From: Gemmatimonadota bacterium
GTDB taxonomy: Bacteria > JBHIER01 > G020348925
Length of the DNA: 64,000 nucleotides
Direction of reading: 5' to 3'
Assembly: GCA_020348925.1 (NCBI GenBank)
Contig: CP070758.1
Coordinates: 3,797,688 to 3,861,687, forward strand
Part shown: piece after piece, positions 28,521-38,331 of the stretch
Layout: each line of letters opens with the position of its first letter
Position numbering within the stretch: position 1 is the stretch's first letter
Made by a program: the position numbers and the translations under genes
Notes under the pieces: generated by a model
What the model was told of the DNA's origin: nothing
Seen by the model: the letters and a program-made list of their open reading frames with translations, nothing else
Databases searched by the model: none

Positions 28521-29719
28521 TATTTCACTGCTCCGATGAGATCAAACATAGGCAAATACATGGCAATGAGCATGCCTCCAACAACGGTTCCTAAAATAAC
28601 GATCATGATCGGTTCTAACACCGATGTCATCGATTGAACCGCCGTATCCACTTCGTCCTCGTAAAAATCGGCTATTTTCCCAAGCATGACATCGACTTCC
28701 CCGGTCTGTTCGCCCACGGCAACCATCTGAACGACCATTGGAGGAAAAACACCGCTCTCTTTGAGTGGTTCGGAAATGGTCTGACCGCCCGCAATACGCT
28801 CTGCCATCTGTTTGACCGTGATTTCGATGACCATATTTCCGGAAGATTTGGCCGTAATATTCAGAGCCTCGATAATGGCCTCACCGCTGGACAGCAGAGT
28901 CTCCAGTGTTCGGGCAAATCGGGAAATAGCCGTCTTGAGGACCACTGGGCCGAAGACGGGGAGGGACAGGAAAATTCTATCCCGAATAAGCCTGCCCTTG
29001 TCCTTTCGAGTCACAAATTTGTAACCAACGATGAGGAGCACAATACCGATAATCAGGTACACAAAGTTGTGCTGGAGGATATTGCTCAGGAAGAGAACGA
29101 TCTTCGTCGGACCGGGCAGCTCCGCATCAAAATCGGCGAACAGATCGGCAAAAACCGGAATAATAAAGATGAGCATAAAACATACGGCGACAACGGCCAC
29201 CACAGAGATGACGAGGGGATACATAAGGGCCCCTTTTATTTTCCTCCGAAGTGCGACAGTCTTTTCCAGATATGTGGCGACGCGTCTCAGGATCACATCC
29301 AAGACACCCCCCAATTCGCCTGCCTCGACCATATGGATAAAGAGATCGCCGAAAATATTGCGGTACTTGATCAAACTGTCAGCCAGGGTGCTACCGCTCT
29401 CGACGTTGTGGGAGACACTGCGCAGAACTTTTTGGAAATGCTTGTTATCAACCTGATTGGCCATGACTGCCAGGCACTGTGAAAGGGGCAATCCTGCACC
29501 GATCATCACGGCAAATTGTCGGGCAAAATTCGCTATTTCCCCCAATCTGATTCCAGTGCCAATTTTGAAAATGAGTTCTTTCCTCTTCTTCTTGACGGTT
29601 GTGACAGTAACTCGGTTGGCCCGAAACCAACGGTACAGCTCGTCCGTTGTACGAACCTCAACCTCACCGGAGACTTTCTTACCGGCAGGATTCTTCCCTT
29701 CGTATACGTAAATAGCCAT
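28520..29719 (-). CDS. pilC: Type IV pilus platform protein (GspF family)
   Basis: FARQFAVMIGAGLPL, AGE.GG.LD, VGEQTGE, LEP, AMYLPMF. Confidence 0.95.
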   Translation of the reverse strand: MAIYVYEGKNPAGKKVSGEVEVRTTDELYRWFRANRVTVTTVKKKRKELIFKIGTGIRLGEIANFARQFAVMIGAGLPLSQCLAVMANQVDNKHFQKVLRSVSHNVESGSTLADSLIKYRNIFGDLFIHMVEAGELGGVLDVILRRVATYLEKTVALRRKIKGALMYPLVISVVAVVAVCFMLIFIIPVFADLFADFDAELPGPTKIVLFLSNILQHNFVYLIIGIVLLIVGYKFVTRKDKGRLIRDRIFLSLPVFGPVVLKTAISRFARTLETLLSSGEAIIEALNITAKSSGNMVIEITVKQMAERIAGGQTISEPLKESGVFPPMVVQMVAVGEQTGEVDVMLGKIADFYEDEVDTAVQSMTSVLEPIMIVILGTVVGGMLIAMYLPMFDLIGAVK

Positions 29720-29721
29720 TA

Positions 29722-30855
29722 TTAAACCCTCCCTGCAGTACTCATAGCTGGTTTTCTTTTTGACAACATATCGTCGAGCTCTTTGGGATCAGGACTTCGC
29801 ATGATGGCCTCATATGAGGATATGGCCTGCTTCGTGACCAGTTCGAAAAGAGATTGATTCATGGTCTTCATGCCGTACCGCCCGCCCACCTGCATGAGAC
29901 TGTATATCTGGTGAACTTTGTCGTCTCGAATGAGCGCCCGAATGGCGGGGGTACAGATCATCACTTCCATCGCCATCACTCTCCCCCCACCTATCTTCGG
30001 TATGAGCGTTTGGGACAAAACGCCTTCCAGAGAAAGTGACAACTGAACTCGAACCTGAACTTGCTGATGCGCGGGAAAGACATCGATAATTCGGTTAATT
30101 GTTTGAGCACAGGAGTTGGTGTGCAAGGTGGCCAAGACAAGATGACCCGTTTCAGCAATAGTCAAAGCCGCCTCCACGGTTTCAAGGTCCCGCATCTCTC
30201 CAATGAGGACCACATCAGGATCCTGCCGCAAGATATACTTCAGGGCACCTTTAAAGGTTTCCGTGTCCAGCGTCACTTCTCTCTGGTTCACCAGACATTT
30301 GCGATGATGGTGGACGTATTCAATAGGATCCTCGATCGTAATGATGTGGTCCGATCGCTCCCGATTTATTTTATCGATCATAGCGGCCAGCGTTGTTGAC
30401 TTTCCGCTGCCCGTCGGTCCTGTCACCAACACAAGCCCTCGCGGTTTTCCGGCCATATCGCTGACGATGGGAGGAAGTCCCAACTTTGCGAAAGAGGGAA
30501 TCACGACGGGGAGTCGACGGAGAGCCACGGCCACGGAACCTCTCTCCATATAGACATTCACTCGAAATCTGGCCTCATCCTTCAAGCCAAAAGAGAAATC
30601 GAGCTCCTTGTTCTCTTCAAAGATTCGTTTCTGTTTCTCGGTGATCATACTGTAGGCCAACTTCTGCGTGTTCTCCGGAGACAACAGATGCCGGTCGATA
30701 CTTACGAGCCGTCCGTCGATGCGAAATAACGGAGGTGAATCAACCGCCAGATGCAAATCCGATGCATCCCGGACGATCATATCCTCCAACATTTCATTCA
30801 GATCAAACTTCTTGTGAGTGTCTTTTTCAGTCATGGCCTTATCCTTCCCGATCAC
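29722..30855 (-). CDS. pilT: Type IV pilus retraction ATPase
   Basis: ASDLHL, GPTGSGKSTTLA, TIEDPIE, LRQDPD, AETGHLV..TLHT, AIRALIRD (AIRNLIRE-like). Confidence 0.95.
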   Translation of the reverse strand: MIGKDKAMTEKDTHKKFDLNEMLEDMIVRDASDLHLAVDSPPLFRIDGRLVSIDRHLLSPENTQKLAYSMITEKQKRIFEENKELDFSFGLKDEARFRVNVYMERGSVAVALRRLPVVIPSFAKLGLPPIVSDMAGKPRGLVLVTGPTGSGKSTTLAAMIDKINRERSDHIITIEDPIEYVHHHRKCLVNQREVTLDTETFKGALKYILRQDPDVVLIGEMRDLETVEAALTIAETGHLVLATLHTNSCAQTINRIIDVFPAHQQVQVRVQLSLSLEGVLSQTLIPKIGGGRVMAMEVMICTPAIRALIRDDKVHQIYSLMQVGGRYGMKTMNQSLFELVTKQAISSYEAIMRSPDPKELDDMLSKRKPAMSTAGRV

Positions 30856-32552
30856 TTTCCTGTGGTTTCCCGTATAACCTCTTCAAACGAGGTGATGCCA
30901 TCTTTAAATTTGATGAGCGCATCATCTCTCAACGTAATCATCCCATCGGCAACAGCTTGGTTTCTCAATTCCTCAGTCGATGCTTCAATGTGGATCATGC
31001 GACGAATGACCGAAGAGATCGGCATCACTTCGTAAAGACCCAAACGCCCTTTGTATCCCGTCTGATTGCAGTTCGAACATCCCTGCGCTTTAAATATCCG
31101 CATATCGCCGTTATCACGAGGATCAATGCCCAGCTCGTTGAACATCTCATCATTCGCGCGCACCGCTTCTTTGCAGTGTGAACAAAGCTTTCTCACGAGT
31201 CTCTGGGCGATCACCATATTTAAAGACGTTGACACGAGAAAAGGGGCAATCCCCATATCGATCAGTCGATTAATCGTGCTGGGGGCATCGTTCGTATGGA
31301 GAGTACTCAAAACCAAATGACCCGTGAGCGCTGCTTTAATAGCAATCTCTCCGGTCTCAACGTCTCGAATCTCCCCCACCATAATAATATTCGGATCCTG
31401 CCGCAGGAAGGATCTGAGGGAAGAAGCGAAGTTGAGACCGACCTCCGGTCGGACCTGCACCTGGTTGATTCCGGGCAAGTTATATTCAACCGGATCCTCC
31501 GCCGTCATAATATTTGTATCGACGGTATTGAGCATGCTCAGGGCTGAGTAGAGCGTCGTGGTCTTTCCGCTTCCGGTCGGCCCTGTGACTAAGACAATGC
31601 CGTAAGGTTCCTTAACGGCCTTAACAAAATTCTGCAGAGCACTCATCTGGAATCCCAACTTCGTCAGATCAAGTGTCAGATTACTTGAATCCAAGATCCT
31701 CATCACCACCTTTTCTCCAAAGACGGTGGGTAGCGTCGAGACACGAAGATCAACAGTTTTATTGGCCAGCCGGATTTTAATCCGTCCATCCTGAGGAATG
31801 CGTCGTTCTGCGATGTTTAAGCTTGCCATAATTTTCAATCGGGAGGTGACAGCCGGCTTCAAACGATAGGGCAATTGGGGCATTTCTATAAGCGTACCGT
31901 CAATTCGATACCGCACCCGAAATACTTTTTCGAAGGGTTCCAGATGAATATCGCTTGCCCCTTTTCGAATAGCTTCGATGATCAGGCTATTGACCAGGCG
32001 AACCAAAGGAGCTTCTTGAACGGCGGACTCAAGATCAACTTCCTCAAAATCTTCCTCCTCTTTCGTTTCTACCAGAACCTCCAGATCTTCAACATCCCTC
32101 ATCACTTCCGAATATGAATCTCCCGTGTCATACAGTTTTTCGATGGCCTTTTGTATGGCAGAATCCGTGGCAACCCGAGCCTCAATCGTACAGCCTGTGA
32201 GGAACTTGAGAGCATCGAGAAGAAAGAAATTTGTGGGATCGGCCATGGCCACTAACAATCGCCTGCCAGACTTCTCCAGAGGTAATACTTTAAATTTGAT
32301 TATGACATCGGATGGGAGCAGGCCCACAATATCTGGATCCAGAGATTTTTCAGAAAGATCGACCGATTGGACACCAAGCTGTTTCGATAAATATTCTAAA
32401 AGGTCTTGTTCTGTGATAAATCCTAAGTCCGTAAGGTTCGTCCCCAGCGTGCCCCCTTGACGTTCCTGACGGTCCAGCGCCTTTTCTAACTGCACCTCCG
32501 ATATACGGCCATCCTGGACGAGCATCTCGCCCAATTTTAAAATTCTGGCCAT
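30852..32552 (-). CDS. pilB: Type IV pilus assembly ATPase with MshEN-like N-terminus
   Basis: ASDIH.EP, RIPQDGR, GPTGSGKTTTLY, TAEDPVE, tetracysteine C..C / GC..C..TGYKGR. Confidence 0.95.
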   Translation of the reverse strand: MARILKLGEMLVQDGRISEVQLEKALDRQERQGGTLGTNLTDLGFITEQDLLEYLSKQLGVQSVDLSEKSLDPDIVGLLPSDVIIKFKVLPLEKSGRRLLVAMADPTNFFLLDALKFLTGCTIEARVATDSAIQKAIEKLYDTGDSYSEVMRDVEDLEVLVETKEEEDFEEVDLESAVQEAPLVRLVNSLIIEAIRKGASDIHLEPFEKVFRVRYRIDGTLIEMPQLPYRLKPAVTSRLKIMASLNIAERRIPQDGRIKIRLANKTVDLRVSTLPTVFGEKVVMRILDSSNLTLDLTKLGFQMSALQNFVKAVKEPYGIVLVTGPTGSGKTTTLYSALSMLNTVDTNIMTAEDPVEYNLPGINQVQVRPEVGLNFASSLRSFLRQDPNIIMVGEIRDVETGEIAIKAALTGHLVLSTLHTNDAPSTINRLIDMGIAPFLVSTSLNMVIAQRLVRKLCSHCKEAVRANDEMFNELGIDPRDNGDMRIFKAQGCSNCNQTGYKGRLGLYEVMPISSVIRRMIHIEASTEELRNQAVADGMITLRDDALIKFKDGITSFEEVIRETTGK

Positions 32553-32658
32553 CGATTGCTCCTCAATGTAGGTAGTAATATTCCGACCATTGATTGCTGT
32601 TCACTATCATTCAAGAAATAATATGGTACCGATTTTCTGCAGGATTGCGGCCGCGAGC

Positions 32659-32943
32659 TCAATCTCCGGGAATATCATGAGACCGAACCTCTCCAAAAAC
32701 GAGCTCGGTCATCTCCTCCACTTTTTTCGAGGCGGCCTCAAGGGTATATCCTTTGTCCAGCGACTCCTTCATCTGTTTTAATCGAAGAAAATCCCGGCTC
32801 GTATATCGCTTAAACTTCCTGGATCCCATTTGCACATACCGTGGTCGGACAATCCCCTTCAACTCCCAATAGTATAACTGCCTCAAGCTGATGCCCAGTT
32901 TTTTTATTATGTCAGAACTGCACAGCAGACCCCTGCTATCCAT
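32659..32943 (-). CDS. Short MerR-family HTH regulator
   Basis: LGISLRQLYYWE.KG...P......RY...D..RL..M......GYTL; AGGAGG RBS; no effector domain. Confidence 0.85.
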   Translation of the reverse strand: MDSRGLLCSSDIIKKLGISLRQLYYWELKGIVRPRYVQMGSRKFKRYTSRDFLRLKQMKESLDKGYTLEAASKKVEEMTELVFGEVRSHDIPGD

Positions 32944-32973
32944 AGCGACAATACCTCCTGACCTTATCTATGA

Positions 32974-32991
32974 ACATTACACATCAATGTC
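32974..32991. promoter_or_regulatory. Dyad operator ACATT-N7-AATGT, copy 1
   Basis: ACATTACACATCAATGTC, overlapping a minus-strand TTGACA (32993-32988); 17/18 identical to 41705-41722. Confidence 0.65.
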
Positions 32992-33096
32992 AAAATAGAA
33001 CCAAAAAAAATGTCTTTTCTTTGAATCATCCAGCACATCACATACTCAAGAATAGCCCACCCATCGTACTCACGCTCTCTTCTCTAACATGATTTT

Positions 33097-33113
33097 AGCA
33101 AACTTCATGCCAA
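33097..33113 (-). promoter_or_regulatory. Sigma54 promoter upstream of the merR-like/pil genes
   Basis: Minus strand TTGGCATGAAGTTTGCT. Confidence 0.75.
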
Positions 33114-33304
33114 ACGCTCTTTTCCAAGGAAAAGCATCTGGCAAGCATCATCGAAGCATCAGGAATCCTTTGCAGTGAACGAATACGATGGACATTTCGT
33201 TCGAGCATATCGCCGTCAGAAAGAGAAATCCTGCGTAGACTCACAGGGGGATTTCGCCAACCATTGGTGAAATAGCAGAGTCGTCGTATCATACCTTACA
33301 TCGT

Positions 33305-36300
33305 TCATGCGTCCCCTCTAAAAAGAAGGTTGACTTCGGCAACAAGATCTTTAACATCGAAAGGCTTGGAAAGATACGGCATATTACAATCTTCAATGAA
33401 ACGGATGGTGTCGGAGTTTCCCACATCACCTGTCAAAAAGAGAAATTTTTCCGCCAAGCGTGGTTTGCATTCTTGGCAAAAGTGATAGATCGTTACCCCG
33501 TCCTTGCCTGGCATTTTCAGGTCGGAAACTATGGCATCGTAATTGTCCTCCTTTATCTTACGGAGAGCAGATTCTCCATCATAGGCCATCTCCACGGTGT
33601 GTCCTTCCCCTTCCAGGGCCTCTTTGACTAAATCCACCACCAGTGCTTCATCGTCAATGATCAAAATTTTCTTGTTTTCGAGTTTTGTTGTGTATTCGAT
33701 GCGAATTGGGAGACTCTGATTTTCCGCATTCCCCGGCATCTGCACGGGTAAGGTAACGGTGAATTTTGCCCCTCGATCTTTCTCATTCGCAGCCGTGATC
33801 ACTCCGCCATGCTCCTTGATAATTCCGTAGGAAATTGAGAGTCCCAAGCCGGTTCCCTTTCCTACTGGTTTCGTAGTAAAAAAGGGATCGAACACTTTGG
33901 AAAGATGTTCTTCGGCAATACCAGGGCCGTCGTCTTGGAAGGAAATTTGAGACATATTCGATTCCTTCAGCCACTGTGTGGTGACTTTCAAGCGTCCCTT
34001 CCCATGAGCCTCGAGCATCGCCTGCTCAGCATTAATAAAAAGATTCATAAAGACTTGTTGAAGCTGATGTTCATCACCAAATATTGGAGGGCACTTGGGA
34101 TCGAATTCCCGGATAACCTCGATGTTATTCACCCGCATCTCATACGCTCTGAGTTCCAAGGTCTGATCAACAACCTTGTTGATCTGGAGGATTCTCTTCG
34201 TCGGTTTGCTTTGGCGGGCGAAGGTCAGCAAATTCTGAACGATTTTGCGAGCCCGCTCCGCCTCTTGACAAATGGTCTGCAGCGATTGCTTCGACTTTCC
34301 CGGGAGGTCAGGCGACATAAGAAGCAGTTGCGCATACCCCAGAACTCCTGTGAGTGGATTGTTGAGTTCATGCGCCACGCCTGATATTAATAATCCCAAG
34401 GCGGACATCTTTTCAGACTGAAGAAGTTGAGATCTCAGTTTTTCCTGCTCCGTGATGTCCATTGCTATTTCCAAAACGACCCGATCTCCTTTTTCATTCA
34501 TAATCGGCATGGCAAAGGTTTCCAGAGTCAAACCATCTGCCGTAGTACTGGTGTACATGTACGGATCAGACTGCTGTTCTCTTAAAAAGTAATTCACAGC
34601 ACAGAAACAATTCTTGCAGGGCTTTTGACCGAGTCGAAAAACCTTATAGCATTTCGAGCCGATTCGTTCCCCAACCGCCTCAACGGATTTCCTGTTTTGG
34701 TAAATGATGTTGTACGTCTGATCCTCCATCACAACTTGCGCGTGCATGTTATCCAAGATAATTCGAAGCTTGTCCCTTTCAATCCTTAGAGATTCCTCCA
34801 TGCGCTTACGGTCAGCAATTTCCTGCTCCGCCTGCTCATAGAGTTGTGCGTTTTCAATGGCAACCGCTATTTGATCGGCAAGGGTCTGCAAGGTAAAGAC
34901 ATCATCCTCGGAAAAAGCGTTGATCTCAGCACTCTGTGCATCCAGCACACCAATGATCGTTCCCTTCGACACAATAGGTACGGCCATTTCGGATTGTGTC
35001 TCCATGTCCTTCAGCGACGCGCGATATCGAGATTCCTTGCTCACGTCGGGTACGATGAGAGGTTCGCCATGTTTCGCCACCCACCCTGTGATACCCTCGG
35101 ACCCGGCTTGCAGTCGAACCTGGTTTTCAAACGGCTGCAGAGGTGGCAATGTGGTTGCCCTGAGAACCAGTGTCTCATCCTCCAGTAGAAGAAGGATCAC
35201 GTTGTAATAGTGAAACGCGTCGCCGATTAATCGAACCGCCTGATGCAGCAACTCATCAAGTTCCAGAATCGCCGTGGTTTTCTGACCGACAGAGGCAATG
35301 AGTGCCAGACGAGCTGCTCTCTTCCTGATAGCTTCCTCGGCCTTCTTTCGCTCGGTGATGTCACGCAGAATGCCTTGGGTGGCAATACCTCCTTTGTACT
35401 GGATATAGGAAACTGCGGGTTCCACCTCGATCTCCTCGCCCTCCTTGGAAAGAGCCGTAAACTCGTAGCGCGAAGAGACGATCTGCCCCCTCTCCACTTT
35501 CTCAACCCGCTCCTGAATCAAACTCCGACTCTTCGGCGCAACCAATTTCATGAAATTAAAGTCAGGAGCGTTGGTTTCTTCCTGCGTATAGCCAAACAGC
35601 TCTTCAAATTTTTTATTGATTATTTCAAATTTCCCATCGTGCAACAGGTAGATGGCATCTTGAGAGTTGTTGATGAGACTTCTGTACTTCTCTTCGCTTT
35701 CCCGGAGCGCCTTCTCGGCCTCTTTCCGATCGGAAACATCTCGAATAACTGTCACGACTTGCGACACCTGTCCATTCTCAAAAACAGGAATTTTTCGTGT
35801 TTCTGTGATGAATTCCCTCCGGGTGACCCGCGTGGTTTCCTCTGTAATAAGCATCTTCCCAGTATGAAAAACTTCCCGATATTCATCGCCCACTTTTTCC
35901 GACAGAAAGGGATAAATTTCAAAAACAGATCGGCCAATGATGTCTGTTTCTATGCCCAGTTCTTTATTCCAATGTTTCAGCGCCCTGTTACATAAGAGAA
36001 ATCGTAAGTTGCGATCAAGGACGTGAATGGCATCCCCCATTGAATCGATTGTCGATCGATATTGTAATTCTGAGGTTCTCTGGGCTTCCTCCGCTCGCTT
36101 TCGTTCGGTAATGTCGACAAATGCCGCCTGAATAGCCGGTTTCCCTTCATATTCAATCCGGCTGGCAAACATCTCGACCCAGCAGATGTCCCCGTTCCGT
36201 CGGATCAGGCGGAATTCGTATCGCGAGGGAACAGGTTTCCCTTCCAATCGATCCTGAAAGCGCTGGAAGAAAACAGCCCGATCCTCGGGGTAGAGATGGG

Positions 36301-36847
36301 ATTGTAATTGATCGGACGATAGGGAGGCCAAGTCCTCAACCGAATAGCCCAAAATGTCAGCCATTGCCGTGTTGGTAAAAACAATTCGAGGGGGTATGCC
36401 CTGGGCAATGACAAGCCCTTGGAGCGACTGCTCAACAATCGACCTGCTCGCATCCTCCACCCGTTTCCGCTCAATGGCATAGCGAATGGATCGCACCAGT
36501 ATGCCGCCCTCAACCTGGCCCTTCACCAAATAGTCTTGAGCACCCTCTCTGACTGCCTTTACCGCCAAAGATTCATCGTCTTGACCGGTTAAAATAATGA
36601 TGGGTCGAAGTGGCACCTTCTCCCGTATCTTGGTGAACGTTTCAAATCCTCGGCTGTCGGGCAGCGTAAGATCCAACAGAACGACGTCAATCTCTTTTTG
36701 TTCGAGGTACTCTATCCCCGCCGCAAGCCGATCAACACAATGCAGGCGAAATTGAACGCCCTTGACTTCATGAAGGATCTCTTGAATCAGCCGCGCGTCG
36801 CCGGGATTATCCTCAATGAGTAGAAGGTATATTGGCTTCTCAGTCAT
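33305..36847 (-). CDS. Cytoplasmic hybrid kinase REC-PAS-PAS-PAS-GAF-PAS-HisKA-HATPase-REC
   Basis: LIEDNPGD receiver, repeated PAS/PAC (DITERK), GAF (FSEDD..TL..LADQ.AVAIENA), AHELNNPL, GKGTGLGL, C-terminal REC. Start set at MTEKP (36847). Confidence 0.93.
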   Translation of the reverse strand: MTEKPIYLLLIEDNPGDARLIQEILHEVKGVQFRLHCVDRLAAGIEYLEQKEIDVVLLDLTLPDSRGFETFTKIREKVPLRPIIILTGQDDESLAVKAVREGAQDYLVKGQVEGGILVRSIRYAIERKRVEDASRSIVEQSLQGLVIAQGIPPRIVFTNTAMADILGYSVEDLASLSSDQLQSHLYPEDRAVFFQRFQDRLEGKPVPSRYEFRLIRRNGDICWVEMFASRIEYEGKPAIQAAFVDITERKRAEEAQRTSELQYRSTIDSMGDAIHVLDRNLRFLLCNRALKHWNKELGIETDIIGRSVFEIYPFLSEKVGDEYREVFHTGKMLITEETTRVTRREFITETRKIPVFENGQVSQVVTVIRDVSDRKEAEKALRESEEKYRSLINNSQDAIYLLHDGKFEIINKKFEELFGYTQEETNAPDFNFMKLVAPKSRSLIQERVEKVERGQIVSSRYEFTALSKEGEEIEVEPAVSYIQYKGGIATQGILRDITERKKAEEAIRKRAARLALIASVGQKTTAILELDELLHQAVRLIGDAFHYYNVILLLLEDETLVLRATTLPPLQPFENQVRLQAGSEGITGWVAKHGEPLIVPDVSKESRYRASLKDMETQSEMAVPIVSKGTIIGVLDAQSAEINAFSEDDVFTLQTLADQIAVAIENAQLYEQAEQEIADRKRMEESLRIERDKLRIILDNMHAQVVMEDQTYNIIYQNRKSVEAVGERIGSKCYKVFRLGQKPCKNCFCAVNYFLREQQSDPYMYTSTTADGLTLETFAMPIMNEKGDRVVLEIAMDITEQEKLRSQLLQSEKMSALGLLISGVAHELNNPLTGVLGYAQLLLMSPDLPGKSKQSLQTICQEAERARKIVQNLLTFARQSKPTKRILQINKVVDQTLELRAYEMRVNNIEVIREFDPKCPPIFGDEHQLQQVFMNLFINAEQAMLEAHGKGRLKVTTQWLKESNMSQISFQDDGPGIAEEHLSKVFDPFFTTKPVGKGTGLGLSISYGIIKEHGGVITAANEKDRGAKFTVTLPVQMPGNAENQSLPIRIEYTTKLENKKILIIDDEALVVDLVKEALEGEGHTVEMAYDGESALRKIKEDNYDAIVSDLKMPGKDGVTIYHFCQECKPRLAEKFLFLTGDVGNSDTIRFIEDCNMPYLSKPFDVKDLVAEVNLLFRGDA

Positions 36848-36976
36848 GTTTCCCTCAACCCGTGCGCGATCGCAGAACCTCTCCCGCACTGAAACAGGCA
36901 TCGCAACGATGGGATACAACAGCACCGTCCGGGGGAAAAACTTCAGTTGAGACACGAGGCATAATTTTGTTCTCCG

Positions 36977-37879
36977 TCACATGTACATCTGATAACCGTT
37001 ACGTCCTGTATCCTTCGCCTGATACATGGCAATGTCCGCATGCTTCATAAGTCTATCGGCGTCCGGTCCTTGTTCGGGGTACACCGCAATACCGATACAG
37101 GCAGTAATCGTGAGTTCGTGTCCATCAATGGCAAAGGACTTTTGAAAAATCTCCAAAATTCTATGAGCGACCCGATCAACATCCTCAATACCTGATATCT
37201 CCGGTAAAAGAAGAAGACATTCATTTCCTCCCATTCTGGCAATAGTATCCTCCTGGCGCAACAGATGGGTCAATTGCACTCCGACGACTTTCAGGAGTGG
37301 GGCCTCTCGACTATGTCCCAAGGAATCATTCACATCTTTAAATCGATCCAAATCGATCAGCATAACCGTCAATTTCTGCTCGTTACGGTGCGCGTGGGCC
37401 AGCGCCAGATTGAGACGATCGTTGAAGAGCACTCTGTTGGGGAGACTGGTGAGGGGGTCAAAGTACGCCAATTTTCTGATCGTCTCTTCCATCTTCTTCC
37501 ATTCAATCGCATACCGTATCGAGCGTACGACTTCATTCGAATCGACCTGTCCCTTCACCAGATAATCCTGTGCTCCCTGGTGCACAGCTGTCACTGCGAT
37601 TGTCTCATCGTTGAGTCCGCTCAACACGACGACCGGCATTTCAGGGGCGTGGGTGCGGATCTTGGCAAAGGTGTCGAGCCCTTGGCTGTCAGGGAGTAAG
37701 AGACCCAAGAGAACAAGATCAAAATCTTCACCGGTAAGACACTCCCGGGCCCTCGGAATTCTGTCAGTACACTCCAGATCAAAGACTGTACCTTTTGCCT
37801 CAGTCAATATTTCTTCGATGAGACGCGTATCGCCCGGATTGTCCTCAACCAGAAGAACTTTGATAGATGCACCACTCAT
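36977..37879 (-). CDS. REC plus degenerate GGDEF protein
   Basis: D.LT.LPNR, DLDRFK.VND..GH, RQED I-site, MGGNEC in place of GGDEF; receiver Asp replaced by Gly (LLGLLLPDS). ATGA overlap at 37876-37879. Confidence 0.85.
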   Translation of the reverse strand: MSGASIKVLLVEDNPGDTRLIEEILTEAKGTVFDLECTDRIPRARECLTGEDFDLVLLGLLLPDSQGLDTFAKIRTHAPEMPVVVLSGLNDETIAVTAVHQGAQDYLVKGQVDSNEVVRSIRYAIEWKKMEETIRKLAYFDPLTSLPNRVLFNDRLNLALAHAHRNEQKLTVMLIDLDRFKDVNDSLGHSREAPLLKVVGVQLTHLLRQEDTIARMGGNECLLLLPEISGIEDVDRVAHRILEIFQKSFAIDGHELTITACIGIAVYPEQGPDADRLMKHADIAMYQAKDTGRNGYQMYM

Positions 37880-38331
37880 TGCTTCCCATCCGGCGGCAGC
37901 TTCACAATGGTTACCCAAAAATCTTCGATAGATTTCACAACGGTGATAAATTTTTCCAGATCGACTGGTTTGGTGACATAACAATTTGCATAGAGGTCGT
38001 ATGCCTTCGCAATATCTTCTTCAGCTTGTGATGTCGTCAGAACGACAACCGGGATTCGGCGCAGGTGTGTGTCCTCTTTAATTTCAGCAAGCACTTCCCG
38101 ACCGTCTTTCTTTGGGAGATTCAGATCAAGCAAAATAAGATCAGGCCGAGGAGAATTACTGTATTCGCCATCTCTGCCTAGGAAACGCATAGCCTCAACA
38201 CCATCACTCGCCACATGCAGATTGTTGCTAACTTTATTTTCCTTGAGAGCTTCCAGGGTCAAACGCACATCTCCCGGATTGTCCTCAACCAACAAAATTT
38301 CGATAGGTTTACCGATTCTCTGACTTGTCAT
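37876..38331 (-). CDS. Single-domain response regulator, Rcp1-like
   Basis: [46 protein letters not shown]-terminal FW...VKLP. Confidence 0.93.
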   Translation of the reverse strand: MTSQRIGKPIEILLVEDNPGDVRLTLEALKENKVSNNLHVASDGVEAMRFLGRDGEYSNSPRPDLILLDLNLPKKDGREVLAEIKEDTHLRRIPVVVLTTSQAEEDIAKAYDLYANCYVTKPVDLEKFITVVKSIEDFWVTIVKLPPDGKQ

